A DNA stretch of 64,000 nt from Octopus vulgaris (taxonomy: Eukaryota), in contig OX597829.1 of NCBI GenBank assembly GCA_951406725.2, positions 58,696,711 to 58,760,710 of the forward strand, written 5' to 3'. Positions 28,041 through 43,057 of the stretch are shown in pieces. The position numbers and the translations under genes were made by a program. The stretch's first letter is position 1, and every line of letters starts with the position of its first letter. The notes below the pieces were generated by a model. That model was given only the letters and a program-made list of their open reading frames with translations. It was not told where the DNA came from and did not search any database.

Positions 28041-28726
28041 GACAGGCTTCTTTCAGTTTCCGTCACCAAATCCACTCACAAGGCATTGGTCAGCCCGAGG
28101 CTATAGTAGAAGACACTTGCCCAAGATGCCACGCAGTGGGACTGAACCCGGAACCATGTGGTTCGTAAGCAAGCTACTTACCACACAGCCACTCCTGCGC
28201 CTATATATGGCTGTGTGGTAAGTAGCTTGCTAATAACGACATGGTTTCGGTTTCAGTCTACCAAATCCACTGCGTGGCACCCTGGGCATAGTATCTTCAA
28301 GATGCCACGCCTCGGGCCGACTGAATGCCTTGTGAGTGGATTTCGTAGACGGAAACTGAAAGAAGCCCATCGTATATATATATAGGCGTAGGAGTGGCTG
28401 TGTGGTAAGTAGCTTGCTTACCAAACACATGGTTCCGGGTTCAGCTCCCACTGCGTGGCACTCTGGGCAAGTGTCTTCTGCTATAGCCTCGGGCCGACCA
28501 AAGCCTTGTGAGTGGATTTGGTAGACGGAAACTGAAAGAAGCCTGTCATATATATATATATAGGCGTAGGAGTGGATGTGTGGTAAGTAGCTTGCTAACC
28601 AACCACATGGTTCTTGGTTCAGTCCCACTGCGTGGCATCTTGGGCAAGTGTCTTCTGCTATATCCTCGGGCCGACCAAAGCCTTGTGAGTTGATTTGGTA
28701 GACGGAAACTGAAAAGAAGCCTGTCG

Positions 28727-28763
<37 letters not shown>

Positions 28764-29083
28764 TTGTGTGTCTGTGGTTGTCCCACGAGTATTGCTTGAC
28801 AACCACTGCTGGTGTGTTTACGTCAGAGGCACTTAGCGGTTCGGCAATAGAGACCGATAGAATGAATACTGGGCTTACGAAAAAGAATAAGTCCCAGGGG
28901 TTGATTTGCTCGACTAAAGGCGGTGCTCCAGCATGGCCGCAGTCAAATGACTGAAACGAGTAAAAGAGTAAAAGAGTATATATATATATATATATATATC
29001 TATACACAAATATAAGAGGGTGACCACCATATGGTCGACCCTTGCGCTAAAAATAGATCCACTATATAGTGGCTATTAGCCAC

Positions 29084-29148
<65 letters not shown>

Positions 29149-29405
29149 CACATACACACATATATTTAAAATCACACATCTACATGCATTTTTCTTTTTT
29201 ACTTGTTTTAGTCATTTGACTGCGGCCATGCTGGAGCAGCACCTTTAGTCGAGCAACTCGACCCCGGGACTTATTCTTTGTAAGCCCAGTACTTATTCTA
29301 TCGGCCTCTTTTTGCCGAACCGCTAAGTGACGGGACGTAACACACACCAGCATCGGTTGTCAAGCAATGCTAGGGGGACAAACACAGACACATAAACACA
29401 CACAC

Positions 29406-29475
<70 letters not shown>

Positions 29476-30754
29476 GACGGGCTTCTTTAATTTTCCGTCT
29501 ACCAAATCCACTCACAAGGCATTGGTCAGCCCGAGGCTATAGCAGAAGACACTTGCCCAAGGTGCCACGCAGTGGGACTGAACCCAAAACCATTAGGTAG
29601 TAAACAAGCTACTTACCTCATAGTCACTCCTACACCTATATATATATATACATATATACGACAGGCTTCTTTCAATTTCCGTCTACCAAATCCACTCACA
29701 AGGCATTGGTCAGCCCGAGGCTATAGCAGAAGACACTTGCCCAAGGTGCCACGCAGTGGGACTGAACCCAAAACCATTTGGTAGTAAACAAGCTACTTAC
29801 CTCATAGTCACTCCTACACCTATATATATATATACATATATACGACAGGCTTCTTTCAATTTCCGTCTACCAAATCCACTCACAAGGCTTTGGTCGGCCC
29901 GAGGCTATAGCAGAAGACACTTGCGCAAGGTGCCACGCAGTGGGACTGAACCCAAAACCATTTGGTAGTAAACAAGCTACTTACCTCATAGTCACTCCTA
30001 CACCTATATATATATATACATATATACGACAGGCTTCTTTCAGTTTCCGTCTACCAAATCCACTCACAAGGCACTGGTCGGCCCGAGGCTCTAGCAGAAG
30101 ACACTTGCCCAAGATGCCACGCAGTGGGACTGAACCCGGAACCATGTGGTTGGTAAGCAAGCTACTTACCACACAGCCACTCCTGCGCCTATATACATAT
30201 ATAAAATGGACTAAAAAAGGCGGTGCTCCAGTATGGCCGCAGTCAAATGACTGAAACAAGTAATAGAGAGAAAGAAAGAAAAGAAAGAAAGAGATATACC
30301 TGTTGTGTTTGAAGAGGGGTTAAAAGGCATTTTATATTTTACTCACGTGGAAGACACTTGAAACTGTACTAAATTAGCGAAATTTTCACCTGCTGAAAGG
30401 TGAACAGGTTTATACAAGCCGTACCTGGAGAATTAATCAAATGCTACTAATAGAAACGCAAACATTGAACACACCTGTGTACTTATACCTGTATTTACGA
30501 ATGTGTATGTGTGAATTTGGATAGGTATATATATGAATATGTATAGGTATGTATTTACGTATATGTATGTATGAATAAATATATATATATATATATATTT
30601 AGGAGTGGCTGTGTGGTAAGTAGCTTGTTTACCAACCAGATGGTTCCGGGTTCAGTCCCACTTCGTGGCACCTTAGGCAAGTGTCTTCTGCTATAGCCCC
30701 GGGCTGACCATAGCCTTGTGAGTGGATTTGGTAGACGGAAACTGAAAGAAGCCC

Positions 30755-30841
<87 letters not shown>

Positions 30842-30956
30842 CGCAGGAGTGGCTGTGTGGTAAGTAGCGTGGCACATTTGGCAAGTGACTTCTACTGAAG
30901 CCTCGGGCCGACCAAGCCTTGTGAGTGGATGGAGCGGAAAGTGAAAGAAGCCCATC

Positions 30957-30958
<2 letters not shown>
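27312..30958. mobile_element. Dense SINE family A cluster, both orientations, including a 184-bp head array at 29480-30190
   Basis: Family A consensus repeated about 14 times as whole or half elements. Confidence 0.85.
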
Positions 30959-31028
<70 letters not shown>

Positions 31029-31058
31029 GCGAGAATGAAGCAACAAGAATGGATAGGT

Positions 31059-31149
31059 TTTTAGTACAATCGTTTCATACAAGGACAGGTTTTATTAAAA
31101 GTTGCAAAAATTACAGCATATAAACGTGTCCCGTACTCATCAGCTAAAA
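31059..31149 (-). ncRNA. Type I hammerhead ribozyme motif (mirror copy, sense to the putative KIF26 pre-mRNA)
   Basis: Reverse complement of 31639-31729. Confidence 0.7.
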
Positions 31150-31638
31150 TACATGTGAGTTCTCTAGACATCCTAGTGGTTGAGGCTATACTCATGAATT
31201 AATGTAGATAATTAAGTAACATAAACAGATTTCAAAAGTTCATTAAAGTTCTTTAAAGATGATGTACAGTCTTATCACAGAATTTTAAAAAAGTCTTAAT
31301 AGCATCACAGAGAAGGTGACCCAATCCATAGTGCACATATGAATTTCCAGAGATATGATGAGGGATTACATACTCACAGAAGGCAAATTTATCCATTGTT
31401 AATTACAACGAGGTGGGTTTCAATTCCTGCTTATTAGAATTACAGAGAGGGTGAATTAATCCTTTGTATAGATGCACAATTTCCAATGGTGTAGGTGTAA
31501 ATTTCCAAGGAATTTCATATTCACAGGCGATAAATTTATCAATGGTTGAACACAATGAGGTAGGTATCAATTCTTGCTATATGATTTACTTCATGAGTAT
31601 AGCCTCAACCACTAGGATGTCTAGAGAACTCACATGTA

Positions 31639-31729
31639 TTTTAGCTGATGAGTACGGGACACGTTTATATGCTGTAATTTTTGCAACTTTTAATAAAACC
31701 TGTCCTTGTATGAAACGATTGTACTAAAA
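31639..31729 (+). ncRNA. Type I hammerhead ribozyme motif
   Basis: ttttag (stem I) CTGATGA gtacgggaca...tgtccttgtat (stem II) GAAA c-gatt-g TA ctaaaa (stem I'); predicted cleavage after A31723. Confidence 0.7.
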
Positions 31730-31876
31730 ACCTATCCATTCTTGTTGCTTCATTCTCGCTTATAATCACCCCACATTACTGTATTGTTAAATCAGTATAG
31801 TTTTTTTTGGTGCATCTAAGTTAGGTACCATATTCAAGTAAATTCATTTAAATTAACTTGAATCTTTATTGCTTTT

Positions 31877-31958
<82 letters not shown>

Positions 31959-32209
31959 CACAGGAGTGGCTGTGTGGTAAGTAGCTTTCTAACCAACCAC
32001 ATGGGTCCGGGTTCAGTCCCACTGCGTGGCACCTGCAGGCAAGTGTCTTCTGTTATAGCGCAGGGCCGACCAATGCCTTGTGAGGGATTTGGTAGACGGA
32101 AACTGAAAGAAGCCCATTGTATATATATATAGGCGCAGGAGTGGCTGTGTGGTAAGTAGCTTGCTTAGCAACCACATGGTTCCGGGTTCAGTACCCGGAT
32201 TCAGTACCC

Positions 32210-33165
32210 GGATTCCTTCAACTGTTTGGGAGTGGCACTTCTTCACACATCTCTCCTCATCCATCCGTAGTACATGACCATACCAGCGCAGACGTCTCTC
32301 TTGCATGCCACATCTGATGCTTCTTAGGTCCAGCATTTCTCTCAGGGCACTTACACTCTATCATGTGTGCACACTGACATTACACATCCAGTGGTTCATG
32401 CTAGATTCATATCTTTCAACCCTACGCATGTCCTCTGCAGTCACGGCCCATGTTTCACTACCGTGAAGCATGGCTGTTTGAACACATCATCATCATTATT
32501 TAACATTCGCTTTCCATGCTAGCATGGGTTGGACGGTTCAACTGGGGTCTGGGAAGCCAGAAGGCTGCACCAGGCCAGTCAGATCTGGCAGTGTTTCTAC
32601 AGCTGGATGCCCTTCCATACGCCAACCACTCTGTGAGTGTAGTGGGTGCTTTTTACGTGCCACTGACACAGGTGCCAGACGAGGTTGTCGAATGGCCATG
32701 CTTGGATGGTGCTTTTTACGTTCCACCGGCACGGAGGCCAGGCGAGGCTGGCAACGTCCACGATCGGATGGTGTTTGTTACGTGCCACCAGCACAGAGGC
32801 TAGTCGATGCAGTGCTGGCCACGGCCACGTTTGGATGGTTCTCTTATGTGCCACCGGCACTGGTATCACAAAACTACAAATCCCATTGATGTTGATCGAT
32901 TTCGATTTGATCTTTTGATTTTCACTTGCCTCAACGGGTCTTCACAAGTGGAGTTTTGTGTCCCAAGAAGGAAGGTATGCACAGGTGGACTGACTACGTC
33001 CCAGGAAGGGGCCACGTGTTATGGTCTCACTTGTCCTGCCGGGTCTTCTCACGCACAGCATACTTCCAAAGGTCTGGTCTCTGGTCATTTCCTCGGTGAG
33101 ACCTAAAGTTCGAAGGTCGTGCTTCACCACCTCGTCCCATGTTTTCCTGGGTCTACCTCTTCCAC
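32210..33165 (-). mobile_element. RTE-clade LINE fragments: RT C-terminal coding pieces and complete 3' UTR
   Basis: RSIRCGMQERRLRWYGHVLRMDEERCVKKC (32210-32480); GRGRPRKTWDEVVKHDLRTLGL (33165-33070) running into the 3' module with (GAT)n tail at 32490. Confidence 0.85.
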
Positions 33166-33221
33166 TTTTTCACTTCTGTTAATTCATAAGTTCTCTCTTT
33201 TACTCTTTTACTTGTTTCAGT

Positions 33222-34126
33222 GTGGAGGTGCAATGGCCCAGTGGTTAGGGCAGCGGACTCGCGGTCATAGGATTGCGGTTTCGATTCCCAGACCGGGCGT
33301 TGTGAGTGTTTATTGAGAGAAAACACCTAAAAGCTCCACGAGGCTCCGGCAGGGTATGGTGGTGGTCCCTGCTGTACTCTTTCACCACAACTTTCTCTCA
33401 CTCTTACTTCCTGTTTCTGTTGTACCTGTATTTCAAAGGGCCGGCCTTTTCACTCTCTGTGTCATGCTGAATATCCCCGAGAACTATGTTAAGGGTGCAC
33501 GTGTCTGTGGAGTGCTCAGCCACTTACACGTTTATTTCACGAGCAGGCTGTTCCGTTGATTCGGATCAACCGGAACCCTCATCGTCGTAACCGACAGAGT
33601 GCTCCTACAGGGGATTGTGGTGATCCCTGCTGTACTCTTTCACCACAACTTTCTCTCACTCTTACTTCCTGTTTCTGTTGTACCTGTATTTCAAAGGGCC
33701 GGTCTTGTCACTCTCTGTGTCACGCTGAATATCCCCGAGAACTACGTTAAGGGTGCACGTGTCTGTGGAGTGCTCAGCCACTTACACGTTAATTTCACGA
33801 GCAGGCTGTTCCGTTGATTCGGATCAACCGGAACCCTCATCGTCGTAACCGATGGAGTGCTCCTGCAGGGGGTGGTGGTGAACCCTGCTGTACTCTTTCA
33901 CCACAACTTTCTCTCACTCTTACTTCCTGTTTCTGTTGTACCTGTATTTCAAAGGGCCGGCCTTGTCAATCTCTGTGTCACGCTGAATATCCCCGAGAAC
34001 TACGTTAAAGGTGCACGTGTCTGTGGAGTGCTCAGCCACTTACACGTTAATTTCACGAGCAGGCTGTTCCGTTGATTCAGATCAACCGGAACGCTCATCG
34101 TCGTAACCGATGGAGTGCTTCCATAC
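33222..34126 (+). mobile_element. tRNA-derived SINE family B with a triplicated 258-bp body, flanked by a 12-bp TSD
   Basis: Head ggaggtgcaatggcccagtggttagggcagcggactcgcggtc...gtttcgattccc; body repeats at 258-bp spacing; acttgtttcagt at 33210-33221 and 34127-34138. Confidence 0.85.
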
Positions 34127-34407
34127 ACTTGTTTCAGTCATGTGATCGATTTTGATTTGATTATTTGATTTTCACTTGCCTCAACAGGTCTTCACACACA
34201 CATGCGTCGTACAATCTACCATTCACACTGAGCAAGAGACCCTTTGTCACCAGTAGGGGTAGGAGCTTGTGAAGAATTTGCTGAATGGAAAGAAAATGAA
34301 TCTGTCTTTGTACATGAATACAATGTACTCATGTGTATAATCATGTATTCCCCAAAATTAGTAGTGGCATTGAAGATTGTCAATCTATTTGAAAGAATAC
34401 TAATGGA

Positions 34408-35955
<1,548 letters not shown>

Positions 35956-36366
35956 TAGAAGAGTATTTTGACGAAGAAGATGAGAATTTTTAAGATATTG
36001 ACAGATGGAAGACAGACTTAGATATATATATATATATATATTATATATATGAATAATTAGATGGATATTTGGATGACAAATACAAACTAACATAGGTTCC
36101 CCCCATTCCACCCAGTCACCTCCCTGCTTTAGCCTGATATTGATTGTTCCCTGAGGCAAAGAGTGCAGATGCTAGCTATGGTTAGCCATTCCATAGTAAC
36201 ATCTGTCGATACGTGTGTGTGTATGTGTGGGTATATGCGGGTGTGTTTTTACGAGATTCTAATAAAGGCTCTTTTAGTATTTGCAACCGAACGAAAGGTC
36301 ATTGGTGGAAAGGAAACAAAATTAAATGGATAAATGTAAAAAGAACAAAACTAATACAAAATTAAA

Positions 36367-38057
36367 TCTCTATATATATAAAGCTGAAGTTGTGTGTGTG
36401 TGTGGCAGGTTTGGTAGCCTTCAACTAACACTATCTCCTCCGAGACCCTGCGGCACAAGTTGACCAAAATTGAGAGTATGATAGAAGAAGGCTTGCTCTT
36501 CCTTTCATAGAATAAAAATTCAAATCGGACCATGTTAACACTAAACATTTATATCAAAAAAGGTTATTTTTTTCTATGAAATTCCCTAATTTTTACAAGT
36601 TATTGGCTGCTGTATCGCTATTTTTCGGTGTATTTCAACCAGAAAAAATGTTCATTTAAAGAGAATAACAAGCTACATAATGTAAAATTTTTACTTTTCA
36701 CAAATTCCAATTCTAAAGGGTCGAAACAAACCCGAGTAACACCGGGCGATATAAAGCTGAAGTTGTCTGTGTGTGGCAGGTTTGGTAGCCTTCAACTAAC
36801 ACTATCTCCTCCGAGACCCTGCGGCACAAGTTGACCAAAATTGAGAGTATGATAGAAGAAGGCTTGCTCTTCCCTTCATAGAAGAAATAATTCAAATCGG
36901 ACCGAGTTAACACTAAAAATTATTTACATCAAAAACGTGCTTTTTTGCTATGAAAATCCCTATTTTTTTACTATTTATAAAGCTGAAGTTGTCTGTATGT
37001 GTAAGGCAGGTTTGGTAGCCTTCAACTAACAATATCTCCTCCGAGACCCTGTGGTGCGAGTTGACCAAAATTAAGAGTATGATAGAAGAAGGCTTGCTCT
37101 TCATTCCGTAGAAGATAAAATTCAAATCGGACCATGTTAACACCACAAGTTAATTACATGAAAAAGGTGCTAGTTTTCTATAAAAATCCCTATTTTTTGC
37201 TATTTATAAAGCTAAAGTTGTCTGTGTGTGTGGCAGGTTTGGTAGCCTTCAACTAACTCTATCTCTTCCGAGACCCTGTGGTGCAGGTTGACCAAAATTG
37301 AGAGTATGATAGAAGAAGGCTTGCTCTTCATTCCGTAGAAAATAAAATTCGAAACGGACCATGTTAACACCAAAAATTATTTACATCACAAACGTGCTTT
37401 TTTTTTATGAAAATCCCTATTTTTTTACTATTTATAAAGCTGAAGTTGTCTGTGTATGGCAGACATTTTGCAATGCAGTTTAACCAAAAGCGGGTATCTT
37501 ATAGTCGTGATTCATATCGACCCCTTCTGGGTATTAGCGCGCATCTACGATGAGTCTACGATTTTAAAAATAATTTACCATCATTTTTTTCTATTTTAAT
37601 ATATTTTTTCACTATTATATAAGGGAAGTAACTCTCTAAAAATGTCTACTATGAGTCAACAATTTAAAAATAATTTACCATCGTTTTTTTCCATTTTTAA
37701 ATGCATTTTTTTGCTATTTTTTGGCTATAACTCTCTAAAAATGCATTATAGTTGTTTCCCTTACGAACCGAGCAACGCCGGGCGATACTTCATATCGAGC
37801 CCTTCTGGGTATTAGCGCGTCTACGATTTTAAAAATAATTTACCATCATCTTTTTCCATTTTAATGCATTTTTTCAGTATTATATAAGGGAAGTAACTCT
37901 CTAAAAATGTCTAAGATGAGCCTACGATTTAAAAAAAATTTACCATCATTTTTTTCCATTTTTAATGCATTTTTTTACTATTTTTTGGCTATAACTCTCT
38001 AAAAATGCTTATATAGTTATTTCCTTTAAAAACCGGAGCAACGCCAGGCGATACTTC
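36367..38057 (+). mobile_element. Composite Helitron: family 1 units (36367-37460) fused to family 3 units (37461-38057)
   Basis: A|TCTCTATATATATAAAG start; 3' hairpins at ~36731, ~37767 and ~38033. Confidence 0.75.
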
Positions 38058-38059
38058 AT

Positions 38060-39063
38060 AGTGACGGGGACATAAACACACCAGCATCGGTTGTAAAGCA
38101 ATGCTAGGGGGACAAACACAGACACACAAACACACACATACATACATATGATTGATTGATTGATTGATTGATTCCAGTTTCAGCTTATGAGCTGTATGAC
38201 AGGCTTCTTTCAGTTTCCGTCTACGAAATCCACTCACAAGGCATTGGTCGGCTGAGGCTATAGCAGATGACACTTGCCCAAGATGCCACGCAGTGGGACT
38301 GAACCCGGAACTATGTGGTTGGTAAGCCAGCTACACACCACACAGCCACTCTTGTGCCTATATATATGCATATATACGATGGGCTTCTTTCAGTTTCCGT
38401 CTACCAAATCCACTCACAAGGCATTGGTCGGCCAGAGGCTATAGCAGAAGACACCTGCCCAGGGTGCCACGCAGTGGGACTGAACCCGGAACCATTTGGT
38501 AGTAAACAAACTACTTACCACACAGCCACTCCTACACATATATATATATATACATATATACGACAGGCTTCTTTCAGTTTCCGTCTACCAAATCCACTCA
38601 CAAGGCATTGGTCGGCCCGAGGCTATAGCAGAAGACACTTGTGCTTGGTTAGCAAGCTACTTACCACACAGCCACTCCTACGCCTATATACATATTTACG
38701 ACGGGCTTCTTTCAGTTTCCGTCTACTAAATCAACTCACAAGACATTGGTCGGCCCGAGGCCATAGCCGAAGACACTTGCCCAGGGTGCCACGCAGTGGG
38801 ACTGAACCCGGAACCATGTGGTTGGTAAACAAGCTACTTACCACACAGCCACTCCTACACCTATATATACTCTTACTCTTTACTCTACTCTGAGTTTCTC
38901 GTTGCCGTTCATCAGACAGTACAAATTAATGCATAGAAATACTGTTATAAATACTGCAATACATATTTATATTAAAATCTACATATATATATCAACATAC
39001 ACAAAAGGATGCGCGTAAACGCCATACATACATATACAGACGTATGAATATGAATCTAAATAT

Positions 39064-39109
<46 letters not shown>

Positions 39110-40036
39110 GACGGGCTTCTTTCAGTTTCCGTCTACCAAATCCACTCACAAGGCTTTGGTCGGCCCGAGGCTATAGCAGAAGACACTTACCCAAGATGCC
39201 ACGCAGTGGGACTGAACCCGGAGCCATGTGGTAGTAAACAAGCTACTTACCACACAGCCACTCCTACACCTATATATATATACATATATACGACGGGCTT
39301 CTTTCAGTTTCCGTCTACCAAATCCACTCACAAGACTTTGGTCGCCCCGAGGCTATAGCAGAAGACACTTGCCCAAGGTGCCACGCAGTGGGGACTGAAC
39401 CCGGAACCATGTGGTTGGTAAGCAAGCTACTTACCATACAGCCACTCCTACACCTATATATACTCTTACTCTTTACTCTTTTACTTGTTTCAGTCATTTG
39501 ACTGCGGCCATGCTGGAGCACCGCCTTTAGTCGAGTAATCGACCCCGGGACTTATTCTTTGTAAGCCCAGTACTTATTCTATCGGTCTCTTTTGCCGAAC
39601 CGCTAAGTGACGGGACGTAAACACACCAGCATCGGTTGTCAAGCAATGCTAGGGGGACAAACACAGACACACAAACACACACATACACATACATATATAC
39701 GACAGGCTTCTTTCAGTTTCCGTCTACGAAATCCACTCACAAGGCATTGGTCGGCCCGAGGCTATAGCAGAAGACACTTGCCCAAGATGCCACGCAGTGG
39801 GACTGAACCCGGAACCATGTGGTTGGTTAGCAGGCTACTTACCACACAGCCACTCCTACGCCTATATACATATATACGACGGGCTTCTTTCAGTTTCCGT
39901 CTACCAAATCCACTCACAAGGCATTGGTCGGCCCGAGGCTATAGCCGAAGACACCTGCCCAGGTGCCACGCAGTGGGACTGAACCCGGAACCACGTGGTT
40001 GGTAAACAAGCTACTTACCACACAGCCACTCCTGTG

Positions 40037-40072
<36 letters not shown>

Positions 40073-40306
40073 GCCACCTATACATATACGTAGCCACCTA
40101 TATATAGCCACCTATATATATACATAGCCACCTCTATATATATACATATATACGACGGGCTTCTTTCAGTTTCCGTCTACCAAATCCACTCACAAGGCTT
40201 TGGTCGGCCCGAGGCTATAGCAGAAGACACTTGCCCAAGATGCCACGCAGTGGGACTGAACCCGGAACCATGTGGTTGGTTAGCAAGCTACTTACCACAC
40301 AGCCAC
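38060..40306 (-). mobile_element. SINE family A arrays
   Basis: About nine heads and two 3' halves. Confidence 0.85.
38886..38920 (-). ncRNA. Truncated/degenerate hammerhead motif (Penelope-type remnant)
   Basis: actgt CTGATGA a-cg-gcaa-cg-a GAAA ctcagag TA, then no stem I' partner. Confidence 0.45.
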
Positions 40307-40574
40307 TTGAAAAGATGCCAATAAAGTGAGATGTTTTACGTAAAGATGCAGGCGTCTCAGTGATGGAGCGGAGCAGGGGATGCGGAAAATATCCAATATA
40401 CTGGAAGTTGGTGTCGTGTTTAACCGCAGGCAGAGATGTTATCTCCTGTGTTTGACAAGAATTGCTCGATGGAAATAGGTTTTGTAATAATGTGGAACCT
40501 TTGTAGGAGAGAGAGATGGGTTTGGATTGGATGGAGGGCAGATTCTGATGGGTCGGATTCTACGAGAACATGGG

Positions 40575-40587
40575 TTTGTGTGAGTGT

Positions 40588-40618
<31 letters not shown>

Positions 40619-40745
40619 AGTGTGAGTGTGTACGTGTGTATGAGTGCATTTCTGTGTGTGTGTGTGTGTGTGTGTGTGCATGTGTGTGTATGTGTGTGTG
40701 TGTGTGTATGTGTGTGTATGTGTGTGTGTATGTGTGTGTGTGTAA

Positions 40746-40778
<33 letters not shown>

Positions 40779-41072
40779 TGTGAGTGTGTACGTGTGTATG
40801 AGTGTATTTCTGTGTGTGTGTGCATGAGTGTGTATGAGTGTATTTACTCTGTGTGTGTATGTGTGTGTACGTGTGCATGAGTGTATTTCTGTGTGTGTGT
40901 ACGTGTGTATGAGATTATTTGTTTTTGTGTGTGTATGTGTGTGTGTGCGTGTATGAGTGTATTTCTGTGTGTGTATGTGTGCACGTGTGTAGAGAGTATT
41001 TCTCTGTGTGCGTGTGTGCACGTGTGTATGAGTGCATTTGTGTGTGTGTGTGTATGTGTGTATGAGTGCATT

Positions 41073-41104
<32 letters not shown>

Positions 41105-41290
41105 AGAGTATTTCTCTGTGTGTATGTGTGTGTGTGTGTGTGTGCACGTGTGCATGTGTTTGTATATGTGAAAGAGAGGGAGAGAGAGAGATGAGGAGGA
41201 GAGAGAACCTGATTGCTCGGGTGTGTGTGCGCATGTGCAAGAGTGTGTATGTGTGTGTGTGAGAGAGAGAGAGAGAATGTGTGTGTGTTT
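40575..41290. repeat. (TG)n-derived cryptically simple repeat
   Basis: Directly visible; variant word gtatgagtgtatttctgtg. Confidence 0.9.
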
Positions 41291-41380
41291 CTATGAATTC
41301 TGGACAGCGTGGGAACAAAGATTAGATTGCTAGGAACACCCAACATGTGTGTGTGTGTGTGTGTGTATACATTATATATG

Positions 41381-42032
41381 GTGGAGGCGCAATGGCCCAG
41401 TGGTTAGGGCAGCGGACTCGCAGTCGTAGGATCGCGGTTTCGATTCCCAGACCGGGCGTTGTGAGTGTTTATTGAGCGAAAACACCTAAAGCTCCACGAG
41501 GTTCCGGCAGGGGATTGTGGTGATCCCTGCTGTACTCTTTCACCACAACTTTCACTCACTCTTACTTCCTGTTTCTGTTGTACCTGTATTTCAAAGGGCC
41601 GGCCTTGTCACTCTCTGTGTCACGCTGAATATCCCCGAGAACTACGTTAAGGGTACACGTGTCAGTGGAGTGCTCAGCCACTTACACGTTAATTTCACGA
41701 GCAGGCTGTTCCGTTGATTCGGATCAGCTGGGACCCTCATCGTCGTAACCGACGGAGTGCTCCTGCAAGGGGTGGTGGTGATCCCTGCTGTACTCTTTCA
41801 CCACAACTTTCTCTCACTCTTACTTCCTGTTTCTGTTGTACCTGTATTTCAAGGGGCCGGCCTTATCACTCTCTGTGTCACGCTGAATATCCCCGAGAAC
41901 TACGTTAAGGGTACACGTGTCTGTGGAGTGCTCAGCCACTTACACGTTAATTTCACGAGCAGGCTGTTCCGTTGATTCGAATCAACTGGAACCCTCGTCG
42001 TCGTAACCGACGGAGTGCTTCCATCCATCCAT
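41381..42032 (+). mobile_element. SINE family B with a duplicated 258-bp body
   Basis: Same head and body as 33222-34126; (ccat)n tail. Confidence 0.85.
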
Positions 42033-42130
42033 TTATATATATATAATATGAGGGAATATTATTCCAAATTTACAGGGAAAAATTCAATTTGGAAATGCTA
42101 AATAAAATTTCACAAAATATAATATATAAA

Positions 42131-42908
42131 TAGGCGCAGGAGTGGCTGTGTGGTAAGTAGCTTGCTAACCAACCACATGGTTCCGGGTTCAGTCCCACTG
42201 TGTAGCATCTTGGGCATGTGTCTTCTGCTATGGCCCCGGGCCGACCAATGCCTTGTGAGTGGATTTGGTAGACGGAAACTGAAAGAAGCCCGTCGTATAT
42301 ATGTATATATATAGGTGTAGGAGTGGCTGTGTGGTAAGTAGCTTGCTAACCAACCACATGGTTCCGGGTTCAGTCCCACTGTGTAGCATCTTGGGCATGT
42401 GTCTTCTACTATAGCCCCGGGCCGACCAATGCCTTGTGAGGGGATTTGGTAGACGGAAACTGAAAGAAGCCCGTCGTATATATATATATATATATAGGTG
42501 TAGGAGTGGCTGTGTGGTAAGTAGCTTGCTAACCAACCACATGGTTCCGGGTTCAGTCCCACTGTGTAGCATCTTGGGCATGTGTCTTCTGCTATGGCCC
42601 CGGGCCGACCAATGCCTTGTGAGTGGATTTGGTAGACGGAAACTGAAAGAAGCCCGTCGTATATATGTATATATGTATGTGTGTGTATGTGTGTGTGTCT
42701 GTGTTTGTCCCCCTAGCATTGCTTGACAACCGATGCTGGTGTGTCTACGTCCCCGTCACTTAGGGGTTCGGCAAATGAGACCGATAGAATAAGTACTGGG
42801 CTTACAAAGAATAAGTCCCGGGGCCGACTTACTCGACCAAAGGTGGTGCTCCAGCATGGCCGCAGTCAAATGACTGAAACAAGTAAAAGAGTAAAAGAGT
42901 AAAAGAGT
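42131..42908 (+). mobile_element. SINE family A, three heads plus tail
   Basis: Shared diagnostic ccactgtgtagcatcttgggcatgtgtc in all three heads. Confidence 0.85.
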
Positions 42909-43057
42909 ATGTGTGTGTGTATACATTATATATAATCTTACTCTTTTACTCTTTTACTTGTTTCAGTCATTTGACTGCGGCCATGCTGGAGCACCGCTTT
43001 TAATCGAGCAACTCGACCCGGGACTTATTCTTCGTAAGGCCAGTACTTATTCTATAT

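Larger units (their letters stand above)
31029..31759. mobile_element. Element with 170-bp inverted arms, probable Penelope-like inverted pseudo-LTR structure
   Basis: 31029-31198 is the reverse complement of 31590-31759 (no mismatch found by eye); 391-bp spacer; a hammerhead motif in each arm. Confidence 0.75.

Noticed and set aside
30347-30424. Possible minus-strand exon (ttctccAG...CAC/GTgagt, 78 nt)
   Set aside because: Its only open frame ends in phase 2, incompatible with the phase-0 start of exon 14359; no KIF26 similarity. A UTR or cryptic exon is not excluded.
34195-34290. Apparent unique exon-like segment
   Set aside because: Translates on the minus strand to LLPLLVTKGLLLSVNGRLYDACV, an RTE RT fragment.
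40307-40575. Complex non-repetitive island with short ORFs on both strands
   Set aside because: No consistent splice signals or recognisable motif; left unassigned.
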